This document shows positions 26,451 to 36,545 of a DNA stretch of 64,000 nucleotides, piece after piece; positions within the stretch are counted from its first letter, which is position 1, and each line of letters starts with the position of its first letter. The notes beneath the pieces were generated by a model. It worked only from the letters and a program-made list of their open reading frames with translations, did not search any database and was not told the origin of the DNA. A program made the translations under genes and the position numbers. This DNA is from Escherichia phage PHB12, in the sequence record MK524178.1, one strand, 5' to 3'.

Positions 26451-27082
26451 TGTTCGCCTCGTAACATGGCACCTAGTGCACCGCCAGGGTGGAACTTAAG
26501 GAAGTCATTAGAGGTAAATCCACGTTCAGACGAAAGGTTGATAGCAAACGTATCGATAAGCGCTAACAACAATGTAGTGGACATGGTCGGAGCCAGAGAA
26601 TTCTCATCGACCTCTACTGCGATGCCTGTACAGAACGTATAATCAAAAAGAGCTTCGTATTCTTGTGGAATGTCTGGGTTACAATGCAACAGAATCTGTT
26701 TGACGTTCGGACGAATCATTTTAAGATGCTTAGCCACGCCTATCATTTCTTCAGTTTTACCGGAACGACTAATATGAATCAACACATCATTAGGCGCAAT
26801 GAATCCTGCATCACCGTGAGAATAATGCCCAGTGTTCAAGTACATACTCGGGATACCGAGTGAAGCAAATGTCTCAGAAGCTTTAGTTGCAATATTAGCA
26901 TTCTTACCAACACCTGTAATAATTACTCGGCTTTCATAATTACTAAGTCCAGGGCGTCGAAGAGTTTCTAGAATAGCATTATAACGAGCAGGGTTTTGAC
27001 TAATTACTTTGGCCATAGCGGCCAAAGAAGAAGCTTGTTTTATGATTGCGTCAATAGCGATAGTAATAGGAGTAGTTTTCAT
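26447..27082 (-). CDS. SIS-domain sugar-phosphate isomerase (KdsD/GutQ/GmhA-like)
   Basis: 211 aa; VIITGVGKNANIATKASETFASLGIPS and SRSGKTEE resemble SIS phosphosugar-binding motifs. Confidence 0.65.
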   Translation of the reverse strand: MKTTPITIAIDAIIKQASSLAAMAKVISQNPARYNAILETLRRPGLSNYESRVIITGVGKNANIATKASETFASLGIPSMYLNTGHYSHGDAGFIAPNDVLIHISRSGKTEEMIGVAKHLKMIRPNVKQILLHCNPDIPQEYEALFDYTFCTGIAVEVDENSLAPTMSTTLLLALIDTFAINLSSERGFTSNDFLKFHPGGALGAMLRGEQ

Positions 27083-27122
27083 ATTTCTCTCATTTAATTA
27101 GTTTGCCGTCAATGTCATTATA

Positions 27123-29834
27123 TCAAAAATCGAACATATCGAACAGAGATGCTTTCTTCTCGTAATCGAGTTTCGCTGCTGATGTGAATCCTTCAAGTGG
27201 TTTAATAAATGTCTTCTCAAGGAGAACAGTGTAGTCCATCCAATGAAGTACGTCGTCTTTAATTAAATCTGTGATTTCAGTGCCAGAAGGCCATGCGATA
27301 CATTTATCACCGAATGGGTTTCCTTCACGTAAAGGCAGAACATATACTTTTTCACCTTCTACAACTTGTGGTGCATCGATATTACCTTTGATAGCCCGGT
27401 TATACGTCAGAATTCCACGAATATGGAATGGGCATTTGGGACCAGGGAATCCACCTACGTCATATTTAGCAATGTTATTCGCAGAAGATACCGACGCGAT
27501 GCTAATATAATTCAATTGACGGAATTCTTTTTCAAACTCTTTAAAATATTCTTGTAATGATTCTTCACCTTCTTGAAGCATACGACGAATACATTCTTTA
27601 AGAGCTTTCTGTACTGCTTTAGGAGTCGAAGATTTCTGAGTCTCTAGACCCATGATTTTGAGTTTAGGCTCAGCGTAACGAGTACCTTCCATATCCCACA
27701 CGTTTAATGCATAACGTTTCTTACCAGTCCAGAATCCACCAATACCTTTAGAACCTAATGGAGGCCCAGCGATAGCTTCTCGGTCCATGAACATTAAGTG
27801 TTGTTTATTGTTCATGTATTCACACATTTCACGGAAACCTCTATCAATAGCTGGTTCCATACGTTCACGTGCAAACTTATCTAAGAAGTCTACCCAATGG
27901 TTGGTATCACGGAATTTAGATTCACCAACCTTATCGATAATTTTATCAGCAGATACGTAAATAGAGTCTGTATCACCATAAAGAACGAAAGCTTCACCTT
28001 CTGTACCACAAACTTCATTCAGATATTCATTAACTTTACGTTCAATCCACTGTAAAGCCATTTGACCAAATGTTGTGATTGCAGTAGCATTACGCAAATC
28101 ATAATAACGGAACCAAACGTTTCCAAGTGCACCATAAAGTGAGTTGATAAGCAATTTACGGTTAATTTGAGCAGTCATACCTGCAACTTCAGTACGTTGA
28201 GCTCTAAACAACATTTCATTAAGAGATTTAGCAGACAACTTTTTAATCTTTTCTTTAATCTCATCACTGAAGTCGAAACGATAATCAACATCTAATGGTT
28301 CGTCAACAGAAAGATTAGGATTATGCAATGCCTCTTTAATTATTTCACCATTACGTTGAGCTGCAAGCATGTAACCTTTATGTTCTTTACGTTGATTAAA
28401 GACCTTAGTGATTTCAGTTGGAACTACACCATCACGGTCTTTATAATACATCATGCCGTTAGGAGAGCAACTGTACACATCTGAAGGACGTTCAGCAACA
28501 GCGTTAATATAATCATGCAATGGAGCTACTTTAAACGTTCCTGCTATTGTTTCTGGGCTAATATTCACTTGGCGAATAATACTTGGATACAGAGATGTAA
28601 GGTCGAAACTCATTACATATTTGTATCGATTCGGAATAGGTTCCTTAACAAAAGCGCCGGGATAAGGTTGAACCGGGTGAGAACGACCTTGTGGAATCAC
28701 CTTGTTCTGCTCTTTAAGGCTATTAAAAATAATAGCATCCCATGTTTTAATTGGACTAAACACAGATTGAATCTGTATCTTAGCATAATAACCCATGTCC
28801 AAACTCAAGTTGATGAACTGACGCTTAGCATCAATTTGCAATACACGGTACACGTCGATAATGTTATAAGAAATATATCGTTGGTGATTGCTTTCACGAA
28901 GCTTAGAAATAGGGCCGTCATATTTCAGTTTACCAACGTTCAATTCAAATTCTGAAATGTAATCCAGAGAATATGATGGTTGATTGGTAAAAGAGAATTT
29001 TTTGTAAAGGTCAATGTAATCAAGAACAGAGATACCGAACAATGTAATGATTTCACGAGAACCATACATGTTTTCGATAACTTTAACACGAGTTTTACGA
29101 TGTGGTGATAAACGTTTCGCAGTAGATTCGCCAAAAATATTCTTGATTCGGTTATACACATACGGAATATCAAATGACTCAACGTTCCATCCAGTCAAAA
29201 TGACAGGAGTTTTCTGTTGCCAGAAGTTGAGATATTCCATCAACAATTCTTTTTCGTTATCGAACGGCATATAAATGATTTTATCGATAATTTCAGATGG
29301 AACTTCATCACCACCTTGTTCTTGAAGCTTAGCAGCGATTTCAATAGACCATTCTTCTACATTACCATATGGAGAATTCAATAGATCAAATACATAGAAC
29401 CTGTCGTCAATTGAGTCATAATGGGTGATAGCATCAATCGGATGTTTTGCTTGTGACGGCTCAGGGAACCCATCCGGAGATGTTACTTCGATGTCGAAGT
29501 TAGCCACACGAATTTTTGTATGGTCATATTTGATTTCATAGTTATAAGTGTCAGACAAATACGCCAATTTGAAATCGTCCATGCCAAGTGCTTCAAGTCC
29601 GATATCTTCCATGCGTTTAATCCATTGGGAGGCATCACGCATATTGGCGAACAACTTACGAGTACACGGCTTACCGTAGATATCGAAATATTTCGTAGCC
29701 TGACTTTCTGGGCAATGAGCAAACAGTGATGGTTTATATTCTACTTCACGAGTACGTTCACGGCCATTAGAATCGATGTAACGTTCAAAAATTGAATCAC
29801 CAATCTGTTCAACCGTTAAGTAAAATTCTTTCAT
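27123..29834 (-). CDS. 43: DNA polymerase (family B)
   Basis: 903 aa; MKEFYLTVEQIGDSIFERYIDSNGRERTREV...; exo motifs FDIE and YNIIDV, pol motifs DLTSLYPS and YGDTDS; matches RB69 gp43 from memory. Confidence 0.97.
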   Translation of the reverse strand: MKEFYLTVEQIGDSIFERYIDSNGRERTREVEYKPSLFAHCPESQATKYFDIYGKPCTRKLFANMRDASQWIKRMEDIGLEALGMDDFKLAYLSDTYNYEIKYDHTKIRVANFDIEVTSPDGFPEPSQAKHPIDAITHYDSIDDRFYVFDLLNSPYGNVEEWSIEIAAKLQEQGGDEVPSEIIDKIIYMPFDNEKELLMEYLNFWQQKTPVILTGWNVESFDIPYVYNRIKNIFGESTAKRLSPHRKTRVKVIENMYGSREIITLFGISVLDYIDLYKKFSFTNQPSYSLDYISEFELNVGKLKYDGPISKLRESNHQRYISYNIIDVYRVLQIDAKRQFINLSLDMGYYAKIQIQSVFSPIKTWDAIIFNSLKEQNKVIPQGRSHPVQPYPGAFVKEPIPNRYKYVMSFDLTSLYPSIIRQVNISPETIAGTFKVAPLHDYINAVAERPSDVYSCSPNGMMYYKDRDGVVPTEITKVFNQRKEHKGYMLAAQRNGEIIKEALHNPNLSVDEPLDVDYRFDFSDEIKEKIKKLSAKSLNEMLFRAQRTEVAGMTAQINRKLLINSLYGALGNVWFRYYDLRNATAITTFGQMALQWIERKVNEYLNEVCGTEGEAFVLYGDTDSIYVSADKIIDKVGESKFRDTNHWVDFLDKFARERMEPAIDRGFREMCEYMNNKQHLMFMDREAIAGPPLGSKGIGGFWTGKKRYALNVWDMEGTRYAEPKLKIMGLETQKSSTPKAVQKALKECIRRMLQEGEESLQEYFKEFEKEFRQLNYISIASVSSANNIAKYDVGGFPGPKCPFHIRGILTYNRAIKGNIDAPQVVEGEKVYVLPLREGNPFGDKCIAWPSGTEITDLIKDDVLHWMDYTVLLEKTFIKPLEGFTSAAKLDYEKKASLFDMFDF

Positions 29835-29846
29835 TTAATTTCCTTT

Positions 29847-29862
29847 AGACGAGTTATTGTCT
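29847..29862 (-). promoter_or_regulatory. gene 43 translational operator hairpin (autoregulation site)
   Basis: Minus strand AGAC-AAUAACUC-GUCU immediately 5' of RBS AAGGAAA and ATG; same architecture and loop core as the T4 gp43 operator. Confidence 0.6.
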
Positions 29863-29892
29863 TTTGTTTGTTGATGAACTTATTATACTCCA

Positions 29893-29912
29893 AATGGGAC
29901 CGAAGTCCCATT
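29893..29912 (-). terminator. hairpin after regA (8-bp stem, UUCG loop)
   Basis: AATGGGAC-cgaa-GTCCCATT immediately 3' of regA stop; separates regA from gene 43. Confidence 0.5.
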
Positions 29913-29915
29913 GCT

Positions 29916-30293
29916 TTAATTACCAATTGTATATTTTGCTTTCAAAGTCCAGTCATCTTTCTGTTTAAAAGAGATAACACGGAAGTTATTAGTCAGGCCA
30001 AACAGATCTTCACGAGCAGAGTCTTCAATAACAATCAATCCCCAGTCTTCAAGCAACTGAGCAATCGAATCACGTCGCTGATAGTCTTCACCATCAATAT
30101 CAACCTGACGTCCGTCCATACGCAGCATTTCTTTAAAGTGGACGATGTAATATTTACCTTGCTTTTGGAGGATATGACAAGACTGGTAAAGGACTTTATC
30201 CTTGTTATTAGCGATGCCCATACGGGTCAGAGTCTCTTTGACTTTCAGAAAATCTTCAGGGTTCTTCAATTTAATTTCAATCATTTTTACCAT
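29916..30293 (-). CDS. regA: translational repressor RegA
   Basis: 125 aa; [41 protein letters not shown]... matches T4 RegA. Confidence 0.9.
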   Translation of the reverse strand: MVKMIEIKLKNPEDFLKVKETLTRMGIANNKDKVLYQSCHILQKQGKYYIVHFKEMLRMDGRQVDIDGEDYQRRDSIAQLLEDWGLIVIEDSAREDLFGLTNNFRVISFKQKDDWTLKAKYTIGN

Positions 30294-30871
30294 TCCAATG
30301 CTAATTTTTTAAATTGTTTTTGTTCTTTCACGTTTTTGGTAACTTCTTTGAGAAATTCATCAGTGACCATGGCCTTCAGTTCTTTAAGGACTATCGGCAA
30401 CTTGTTATTTTTTTCAAGGAGCCGCTTATACTCAGTAGCATCGTTCATGTTGATTGTGTAATGTTTCATCAACAGTTTGATAACTAGTAACTCTGAAGTG
30501 TCTTCTACTAGTTTAGCCCATTTAGAGAATCGACGACCACGCGGAATTGCCGCCATCATATAGTTGAAGTGCGCTTCATCACTTAATTCAGAACCGACTA
30601 AGTTCATCATGTAAACAGCTGGCATACATTCTGGGAACTGGGATAATGAGTTCTCAACCATAAATTTTGAGTAGTCGACCTGAGCAATTGACATAGATTT
30701 CTTTTCATTAATAGCATTAATGATTTTAAAGAATTCATTCTCAGGTTTTTCTTTAAACATATCAGCACATTTTTGAATCGCATCAGTGTCATTAGACTTC
30801 CATGCAATTTGGTGCTCGTTAAGCCGGACGTCATCATCGAATAAGTTCATATTATTTCCAAGTAAGTTCAC
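30287..30871 (-). CDS. 62: clamp loader small subunit
   Basis: 194 aa; LNEHQ.AW...[20 protein letters not shown]...KEQKQ.KKLALEW matches T4 gp62. Confidence 0.85.
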   Translation of the reverse strand: MNLLGNNMNLFDDDVRLNEHQIAWKSNDTDAIQKCADMFKEKPENEFFKIINAINEKKSMSIAQVDYSKFMVENSLSQFPECMPAVYMMNLVGSELSDEAHFNYMMAAIPRGRRFSKWAKLVEDTSELLVIKLLMKHYTINMNDATEYKRLLEKNNKLPIVLKELKAMVTDEFLKEVTKNVKEQKQFKKLALEW

Positions 30872-31814
30872 AGGTCAGTTGAAGAAGCATATACATAACA
30901 TGTAATTCAATATTACTTGCTAATCCATGAAACTTATTGTTTTCGCCTGCAATTTCATAAAGCGAAATAATACTTTTACCAGGTGCAACTTGGTCATAAC
31001 ATTCTGAAACTAATTTATCGATGAACCATGAATAATCTGCGGCATATTTTGGAGCTAATGCACGAAGCTGTTTGATATCTTTGTTCTTCATTGCTTCAAT
31101 AACATCAGAGACTGTGCCACGGTCATTAGTTACGATAGACAAAATACCTGCATCAAGAACACCTTTAGACGAGTACTGGTCTAATTGACCAATTGTGCGA
31201 CGAAAGTCTGGGAAGTTCTTTTTAACCAGAGCTGCAACAACTTTCATATCAGCGATTTCGATATTTTCGTTCTTACAGATTTCAACCATACGATGAATCA
31301 TTTTCTTCATCATCGAGATTTTATCTTCTTCGGTTGGACGTCCGAATTCGATAACTCGACAACGACTACGTAATGGTTCAATAATTCCATCGATGTTGTT
31401 AGCAGTAATAACAATAGAGCAGTTACTAGAGAATTCTTCCATAAACGTACGAAGGTGACGTTGTGATTCGGCGAGGCCACTACGGTCAAATTCATCAATA
31501 ACAATAACTTTAGGCTTGCCTTCCATTGAGACTGAACGAGCGAATGCGGTTAACGGACCCCGCACAAAATCAATCTTACAATCAGAACCGTTGACAAACA
31601 TCATTTCGGCATTGATATCATTGCATAATGCTTTTGCCACGGTTGTTTTACCTGTACCAGGAGAAGGAGAGTGCAAAATAATATGAGGAAGTTTTCCTTT
31701 AGATACTAAAGACTTGAATGTTTCATGGTCATACGCAGGCAGAATACATTCGTCAATGGAAGAAGGACGATATTTCTGTTCTAGAATGTGTTCTTTGGAA
31801 TTGATAGTAATCAT
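30852..31814 (-). CDS. 44: clamp loader ATPase subunit
   Basis: 320 aa; Walker [15 protein letters not shown] box, SRC motif; overlaps gene 62 start as in T4. Confidence 0.9.
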   Translation of the reverse strand: MITINSKEHILEQKYRPSSIDECILPAYDHETFKSLVSKGKLPHIILHSPSPGTGKTTVAKALCNDINAEMMFVNGSDCKIDFVRGPLTAFARSVSMEGKPKVIVIDEFDRSGLAESQRHLRTFMEEFSSNCSIVITANNIDGIIEPLRSRCRVIEFGRPTEEDKISMMKKMIHRMVEICKNENIEIADMKVVAALVKKNFPDFRRTIGQLDQYSSKGVLDAGILSIVTNDRGTVSDVIEAMKNKDIKQLRALAPKYAADYSWFIDKLVSECYDQVAPGKSIISLYEIAGENNKFHGLASNIELHVMYMLLQLTCELTWK

Positions 31815-31889
31815 GTAATTTTCCTCATTATCATTAAACTGGAGGATTTCTCCTCCATAATCGTATCACAATAAACGTAAAGCTTTGAC

Positions 31890-32576
31890 TTAGAAGTCGT
31901 GAGTAGAATCGGCTTCCATCGCAATAACATAACTTACTTGAGAGCTTTCAAACTTGGCTGCAACTTTATCACCAGCTCCCCACAACATTACTTTATAGTT
32001 ACCTGGCTGGATTTTCATATTAGCCATATTGATTACGAAGTTAAAGTTGTTAGAACCATCATAATCGGTAAGAGTCAAAGAATACTTAGGACGAGTTAGT
32101 CCGGAATCTTCAACTTTATTATAGCCATTGATAACAATTTTACCATCTTTATTTGTAATAGCAATTGTATCAATCTGAAGACCACGTGAAACTCGAAGCA
32201 ATTGTTGAAGGTCTTCAGCTTTAATTTCAGTAATCACAGAAGCCACTGGGAATTGAATTGGCTTATTAGGAAAAACAATGGTGCTCTTGTCAGCGGCAGG
32301 CCAATAAACCGTGGAACGTGTATCTGCAATTTTAATATTGCCATCGGTGTGCATTGAAATTTCAGCATCATCAGACACTAGACTCAAAATGCTTAAGAAG
32401 CTATTCAAATCATAAAGTGCTACGTCAAAATCAATTTCATCAGAGATATTTGCTTCCGCATAAGTGGTGCCGTTAACTGCACGAGTCATAATAAATTTAC
32501 CTTGACTCAGCAGAATGCCGGAGTTAATAGAGGCAAAGTTTTTCAGAATAGCGATAGTATCTTTAGACAGTTTCAT
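31890..32576 (-). CDS. 45: sliding clamp
   Basis: Start moved to MKLSKDTIAILKNF (RBS AAGGAA); matches T4 gp45 throughout. Confidence 0.9.
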   Translation of the reverse strand: MKLSKDTIAILKNFASINSGILLSQGKFIMTRAVNGTTYAEANISDEIDFDVALYDLNSFLSILSLVSDDAEISMHTDGNIKIADTRSTVYWPAADKSTIVFPNKPIQFPVASVITEIKAEDLQQLLRVSRGLQIDTIAITNKDGKIVINGYNKVEDSGLTRPKYSLTLTDYDGSNNFNFVINMANMKIQPGNYKVMLWGAGDKVAAKFESSQVSYVIAMEADSTHDF

Positions 32577-32618
32577 TTTATTTCCTTTCAAGACAATTCA
32601 AAGTTTATAACAAATTTA

Positions 32619-33035
32619 TTATGCAGCAACCATCTGCTTTTTAATAGCTTCAGGCAGTGATTCAATATATTCTGGAATTTTGGAAGCAACAATTTCGCCA
32701 GCTGCAATTAGTTGTTCGTCGGCATCAACACAATAGAAATCTTCCAGACGCTCAGAACCGTCTTTATCAAGAACGATTTTTCCGCCGGCTTCAATAGAAT
32801 CTTTATAGTGCTTACGCATCAGATGAATCCACATATCAGATACATCGTTATCAATAAAACCATAAATCATAAAACGAGTTTCTTGTGGCAAAGATTGGAG
32901 TTTTTTAGCACTTGCGTCATCACAATGCAGGACCCATGCTTTACGAACACGATTATGGTTATGTGGGTTAGCGTCAGTACGGATAGAAGTAACTTTCAGA
33001 TCAGCAGCAGTGAAACCTTTAGCAGTAGTAAACAT
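32619..33035 (-). CDS. rpbA: hypothetical protein at rpbA position
   Basis: 138 aa, directly downstream of gene 45; assignment positional only. Confidence 0.4.
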   Translation of the reverse strand: MFTTAKGFTAADLKVTSIRTDANPHNHNRVRKAWVLHCDDASAKKLQSLPQETRFMIYGFIDNDVSDMWIHLMRKHYKDSIEAGGKIVLDKDGSERLEDFYCVDADEQLIAAGEIVASKIPEYIESLPEAIKKQMVAA

Positions 33036-33047
33036 ATTATTTCTCTC

Positions 33048-33248
33048 TTATTCGTAGAAGTCGGTAACTGTCCATGCGGAATTGCGATTAGACATTATTT
33101 TATTATACTCATCTTTAAAAGCAGATTTGAGCATTTGTTCAGTAACAATATGTTCTTCACCTGAAAACGTATTGGTCAAAACATATTTTTTAATTTCAGG
33201 GACAACGAGAAGATGTTGGCCAGTTGAATACTCCATGTTGTTCTCCAT
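33048..33248 (-). CDS. hypothetical protein (45.2 position)
   Basis: 66-aa ORF. Confidence 0.4.
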   Translation of the reverse strand: MENNMEYSTGQHLLVVPEIKKYVLTNTFSGEEHIVTEQMLKSAFKDEYNKIMSNRNSAWTVTDFYE

Positions 33249-33290
33249 TTAATTTGATGTGGTCATTATAACCACATCGTGTTAAAGCGT

Positions 33291-34979
33291 TTATGAAACA
33301 GTCATTACAGTAAATCGTCCAACTTTGCTCATTTGAAGATGTTGTCCATAAGCTTGTGGGTCATGGTCTCTGTGACTAATTATAAACACGTTTGCATCGG
33401 TTAGAGAGTTAAGAATTGTTGAAATAGCTTTAATACCTTCAGAATCAGTCGCGGAATCCATGACTTCGTCCATAATTAATGTATTGATTCTAACACCAGA
33501 GACCTTTTCAGCAATATCTCGCCATGTAAACAACAATGCGATATCGATACGCGCTTTTTCGCCTTGACTAAATGAAGCATAACTGAACTCTTCACGGCCA
33601 CGTGATTTTATAGATTCATTGAATTCTTCGTCAATAGAAAACACGTAATCAGCTTCCATGATTTTAAGATAATGGTTAATCTGCTTGTTGAACAGAGGCA
33701 CATATTTTTTAATGATAGCACCTTTAATACCAGAATCTTTTAACATATCTGTGATAATACCACGATGGTATTTTTCAAGAACGATATCTGATTTTGTTTT
33801 AATGATTTTATCAAGTTCTTTTTGAAGCAAAGCTATCTCATCGGCATGGTCGATAAATTCAGCTGAGGCTTGTTCTATTGCAGCTTTAACTTTCTTAGCT
33901 TTATCAATAGTGGCAATCATTGCTTGTTTCTTGGTACGAATATCAGATGCAAGGTCCTGTTTAGTCTTAACATTAGCTCTATATTCGTCCACTAGGACAC
34001 TCAGATTATCTCTGTGACATGTAAGTTGCTCGAATGAGTGATTACATTCTTGAAGCTTATTGGTAATCTTAGAGACAATAGGATCACCCTGGTGCAACTG
34101 TGATGCACAAGTAGGACATGTACCACCGTCATGATACATCTTAATAACTTTGTTATATGAGTCGATTTTAGATTTAATCAAGAATGCTTCTTGTCCGATC
34201 TTGTTGAATGCCTCAGTAGGGTCTTCGTCAAGAACGATATTAAGTAGTCGCTCATTAGCTTCTTCGATTTCTGCTTTTAATGAACGAGCTTCTTTGGCTA
34301 GGTCGTCATACATATTCTGTAGACGCGCTACATTATCACCAGATAATTTCTTTTGACGTTCGATATTCTCGTTATAAATCTTAATTTGTTGGATAATACC
34401 ATCTTTCTTGGCATCGAGAACTTGTCCTTGGGAATTAAGTTCTCGAACTTGAGACTTATTGATTTTATCCATTTCAGCGAGTGTGCCGACTTCTAAAAGG
34501 TCTTCGACAAGTTTTCTACGAGCAGGGGTGCTAAGAGCCATGAAAGGGGTATACCCTGCCGTCCCAAGCACAACGATTTGTTTAAAAGACGAGTATGACA
34601 TTCCGATGCTACGTTCAAATTCTTCTTGGAAGTCCCGACTGCTGGCAGATTCATCAAGACGAACACCGTCAACGGAGATTTCGAAAATATTGGGCTTTTG
34701 GCCACGTTTAATGAAGTATTTTTTATCATCGAATTCCATCCAAAGCTCAACTAAGAGCTCTTTCTTGTTCGTGCTATTAATGATTTGTCCTTTCTTAACA
34801 TCACGAAATGGTTTACCGAAAAGTCCGAAAGTAATGGCTTCTAACATCGTAGATTTACCACCGCCATTTTTACCAGTGATTAATGTCTTTTGGACTTTAT
34901 CTAATTGGATATCAATAGGATTCCCACCTACTGACATGATGTTTTGATAACGAACACGATTTAATTTAAATGATTTCAT
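33291..34979 (-). CDS. 46: recombination nuclease ATPase subunit (Rad50/SbcC-like)
   Basis: 562 aa; Walker A GKNGGGKST, coiled-coil with CPTC zinc hook, signature SQGEKARIDIA, Walker B LIMDEV. Confidence 0.9.
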   Translation of the reverse strand: MKSFKLNRVRYQNIMSVGGNPIDIQLDKVQKTLITGKNGGGKSTMLEAITFGLFGKPFRDVKKGQIINSTNKKELLVELWMEFDDKKYFIKRGQKPNIFEISVDGVRLDESASSRDFQEEFERSIGMSYSSFKQIVVLGTAGYTPFMALSTPARRKLVEDLLEVGTLAEMDKINKSQVRELNSQGQVLDAKKDGIIQQIKIYNENIERQKKLSGDNVARLQNMYDDLAKEARSLKAEIEEANERLLNIVLDEDPTEAFNKIGQEAFLIKSKIDSYNKVIKMYHDGGTCPTCASQLHQGDPIVSKITNKLQECNHSFEQLTCHRDNLSVLVDEYRANVKTKQDLASDIRTKKQAMIATIDKAKKVKAAIEQASAEFIDHADEIALLQKELDKIIKTKSDIVLEKYHRGIITDMLKDSGIKGAIIKKYVPLFNKQINHYLKIMEADYVFSIDEEFNESIKSRGREEFSYASFSQGEKARIDIALLFTWRDIAEKVSGVRINTLIMDEVMDSATDSEGIKAISTILNSLTDANVFIISHRDHDPQAYGQHLQMSKVGRFTVMTVS

Positions 34980-35230
34980 ATGTATTCTCTTCGAATGAAG
35001 TCCTCTACATATTTTAACATGTCATCTCTATCAGCAAAATATTCATCTAGTTCTGCATACATAACAACACCTGGTGCGTACTCACAGGTAACATACATTG
35101 TTCCAAAGAAACGAGGAGTTGATTCCTCGCAATTCTCAGTCCATTCAACGATACCAATATAACCGTCACCAATACTAAATTCATGACGATGGATTTCATA
35201 ATCAGTCTTCGTCATTATACGCATCCTCAA
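34976..35230 (-). CDS. hypothetical protein (46.1 position)
   Basis: 84-aa ORF. Confidence 0.4.
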   Translation of the reverse strand: MRMRIMTKTDYEIHRHEFSIGDGYIGIVEWTENCEESTPRFFGTMYVTCEYAPGVVMYAELDEYFADRDDMLKYVEDFIRREYI

Positions 35231-35459
35231 TACACGCTTCAGCCATTTTAAGAATAGAGCCAGGAGTATCGTTGTCCATTATATTAAAGCTAAATTCAAT
35301 AGCCCAGTCGGTACAAACATGAACAGCTTTAACTTCATTGCCTTCAACACGTAATGGTTCAATCCAATACGTGATAGTGTTCTCGAATCCATCATCATCT
35401 TTAACGTCCATTTCAACTTCAAGCCCGAGCCCAGCATTGTTAAATTCATCTAAAGTCAT
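35202..35459 (-). CDS. hypothetical acidic protein (46.2 position)
   Basis: 85-aa ORF. Confidence 0.4.
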   Translation of the reverse strand: MTLDEFNNAGLGLEVEMDVKDDDGFENTITYWIEPLRVEGNEVKAVHVCTDWAIEFSFNIMDNDTPGSILKMAEACIEDAYNDED

Positions 35460-36475
35460 TGTGTTGCCTCAATATAAAGTTCGTTGGAATATTTGACCAG
35501 TGCTTCTCTGTCTTCGTCTGAGATATCTGGAATCGCGTCAATATATTCTTTAATGATATCTTGAAGTGATTTAATCTCGATTTCCTGGTCGTCATCAGAT
35601 TCAACACTGTTATCAACTTTAGAAACCATACGAAGAGAGTGAACTACTTTTTCAAGTTCAGATTCAAACTTAGTCAACTCTGAATCAATTTCTGATACTA
35701 TAACACGTAAGGCTAGATTAGTATAATCAGAATAATTGATTTTGCCTTTAAACGGATAAGTGATTCGTCGATGCCATGTTGTTTCATTAGGAATAAATTC
35801 CATACGTTCAACATCAGTGTCAAATACCCAGAATCCGCGCGGGTCGTTCTCATCACCCGCAGTAAGGGTCCATGGTGTCCCAATATATTTGACGTTAGCA
35901 GCTTCAGAGATTGTGTGGAAGTGGCCGGACCAGACTTGTTTATAGGTCTTTAAGAAATCAGGTTCAAGCCCATGAGACTTCATTCCTTTATAGAAATAAA
36001 AGCCGTTCAGTTCCCAGTGCCCAACACAATACGCTGCAGAAGAAGTCTTGATGTGCTCTAAGATTTCACCTGTATTTTCTTCACACATCCATGGAACGAT
36101 ATCAATCAGACATCCGTCAAAATCTACAGTAGTTGGATGTTCGTAAATAGTAAAGTTTTCAAATTGAGTTAACAATTCAGAAACAGTGTTAGGTGTTATT
36201 GTATTCTTAAACGCCATGTCATGGTTTCCTATCGTGACATGAACGTGAATGCCTGCTTTAGAAATCATATCAACGATTTCACGATTGAATTCCATTGTAC
36301 GATGTGTAATTGCTTTACGGACGTCAAACCAATCACCATACTGAATCCAAGTTTTAATCCCGTGTTTCTTAGAGTATTCAATTGCTTGACGAATACCATC
36401 ACGTTGAATATCTTGGACCCATGGGTCGTCTTGTTTGACTCCGATATGGAAGTCGCCTAAGTGCAAAATTTTCAT
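35456..36475 (-). CDS. 47: recombination nuclease subunit (Mre11/SbcD-like)
   Basis: 339 aa; phosphoesterase motifs MKILHLGDFH, GDWFD, GNHD. Confidence 0.9.
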   Translation of the reverse strand: MKILHLGDFHIGVKQDDPWVQDIQRDGIRQAIEYSKKHGIKTWIQYGDWFDVRKAITHRTMEFNREIVDMISKAGIHVHVTIGNHDMAFKNTITPNTVSELLTQFENFTIYEHPTTVDFDGCLIDIVPWMCEENTGEILEHIKTSSAAYCVGHWELNGFYFYKGMKSHGLEPDFLKTYKQVWSGHFHTISEAANVKYIGTPWTLTAGDENDPRGFWVFDTDVERMEFIPNETTWHRRITYPFKGKINYSDYTNLALRVIVSEIDSELTKFESELEKVVHSLRMVSKVDNSVESDDDQEIEIKSLQDIIKEYIDAIPDISDEDREALVKYSNELYIEATQ

Positions 36476-36521
36476 ATTATTTCCTCATTAGTTAATTCAT
36501 TCTATCATCCGTTTATAAAGC

Positions 36522-36545
36522 AAAAAAGGAACTCCGAAGAGTTCC
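36522..36545 (-). terminator. rho-independent terminator (GGAACTC-UUCG-GAGTTCC + U6)
   Basis: aaaaaaGGAACTCcgaaGAGTTCC on plus, between small ORF 36545..36718 and gene 47. Confidence 0.65.

Noticed and set aside
28515-28955. 146-aa plus-strand ORF and other short ORFs inside gene 43
   Set aside because: Embedded antisense in the DNA polymerase gene; expected frame noise in AT-rich DNA.
29868-30461. 197-aa plus-strand ORF
   Set aside because: Lies entirely antisense to regA and gene 62, has no RBS and a low-complexity hydrophobic translation; treated as a shadow ORF.
32712-33164. 150-aa plus-strand ORF
   Set aside because: Antisense to the rpbA-position gene and 45.2; no RBS.
34459-34947. 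162-aa plus-strand ORF
   Set aside because: Antisense to the well-supported gene 46; no RBS.
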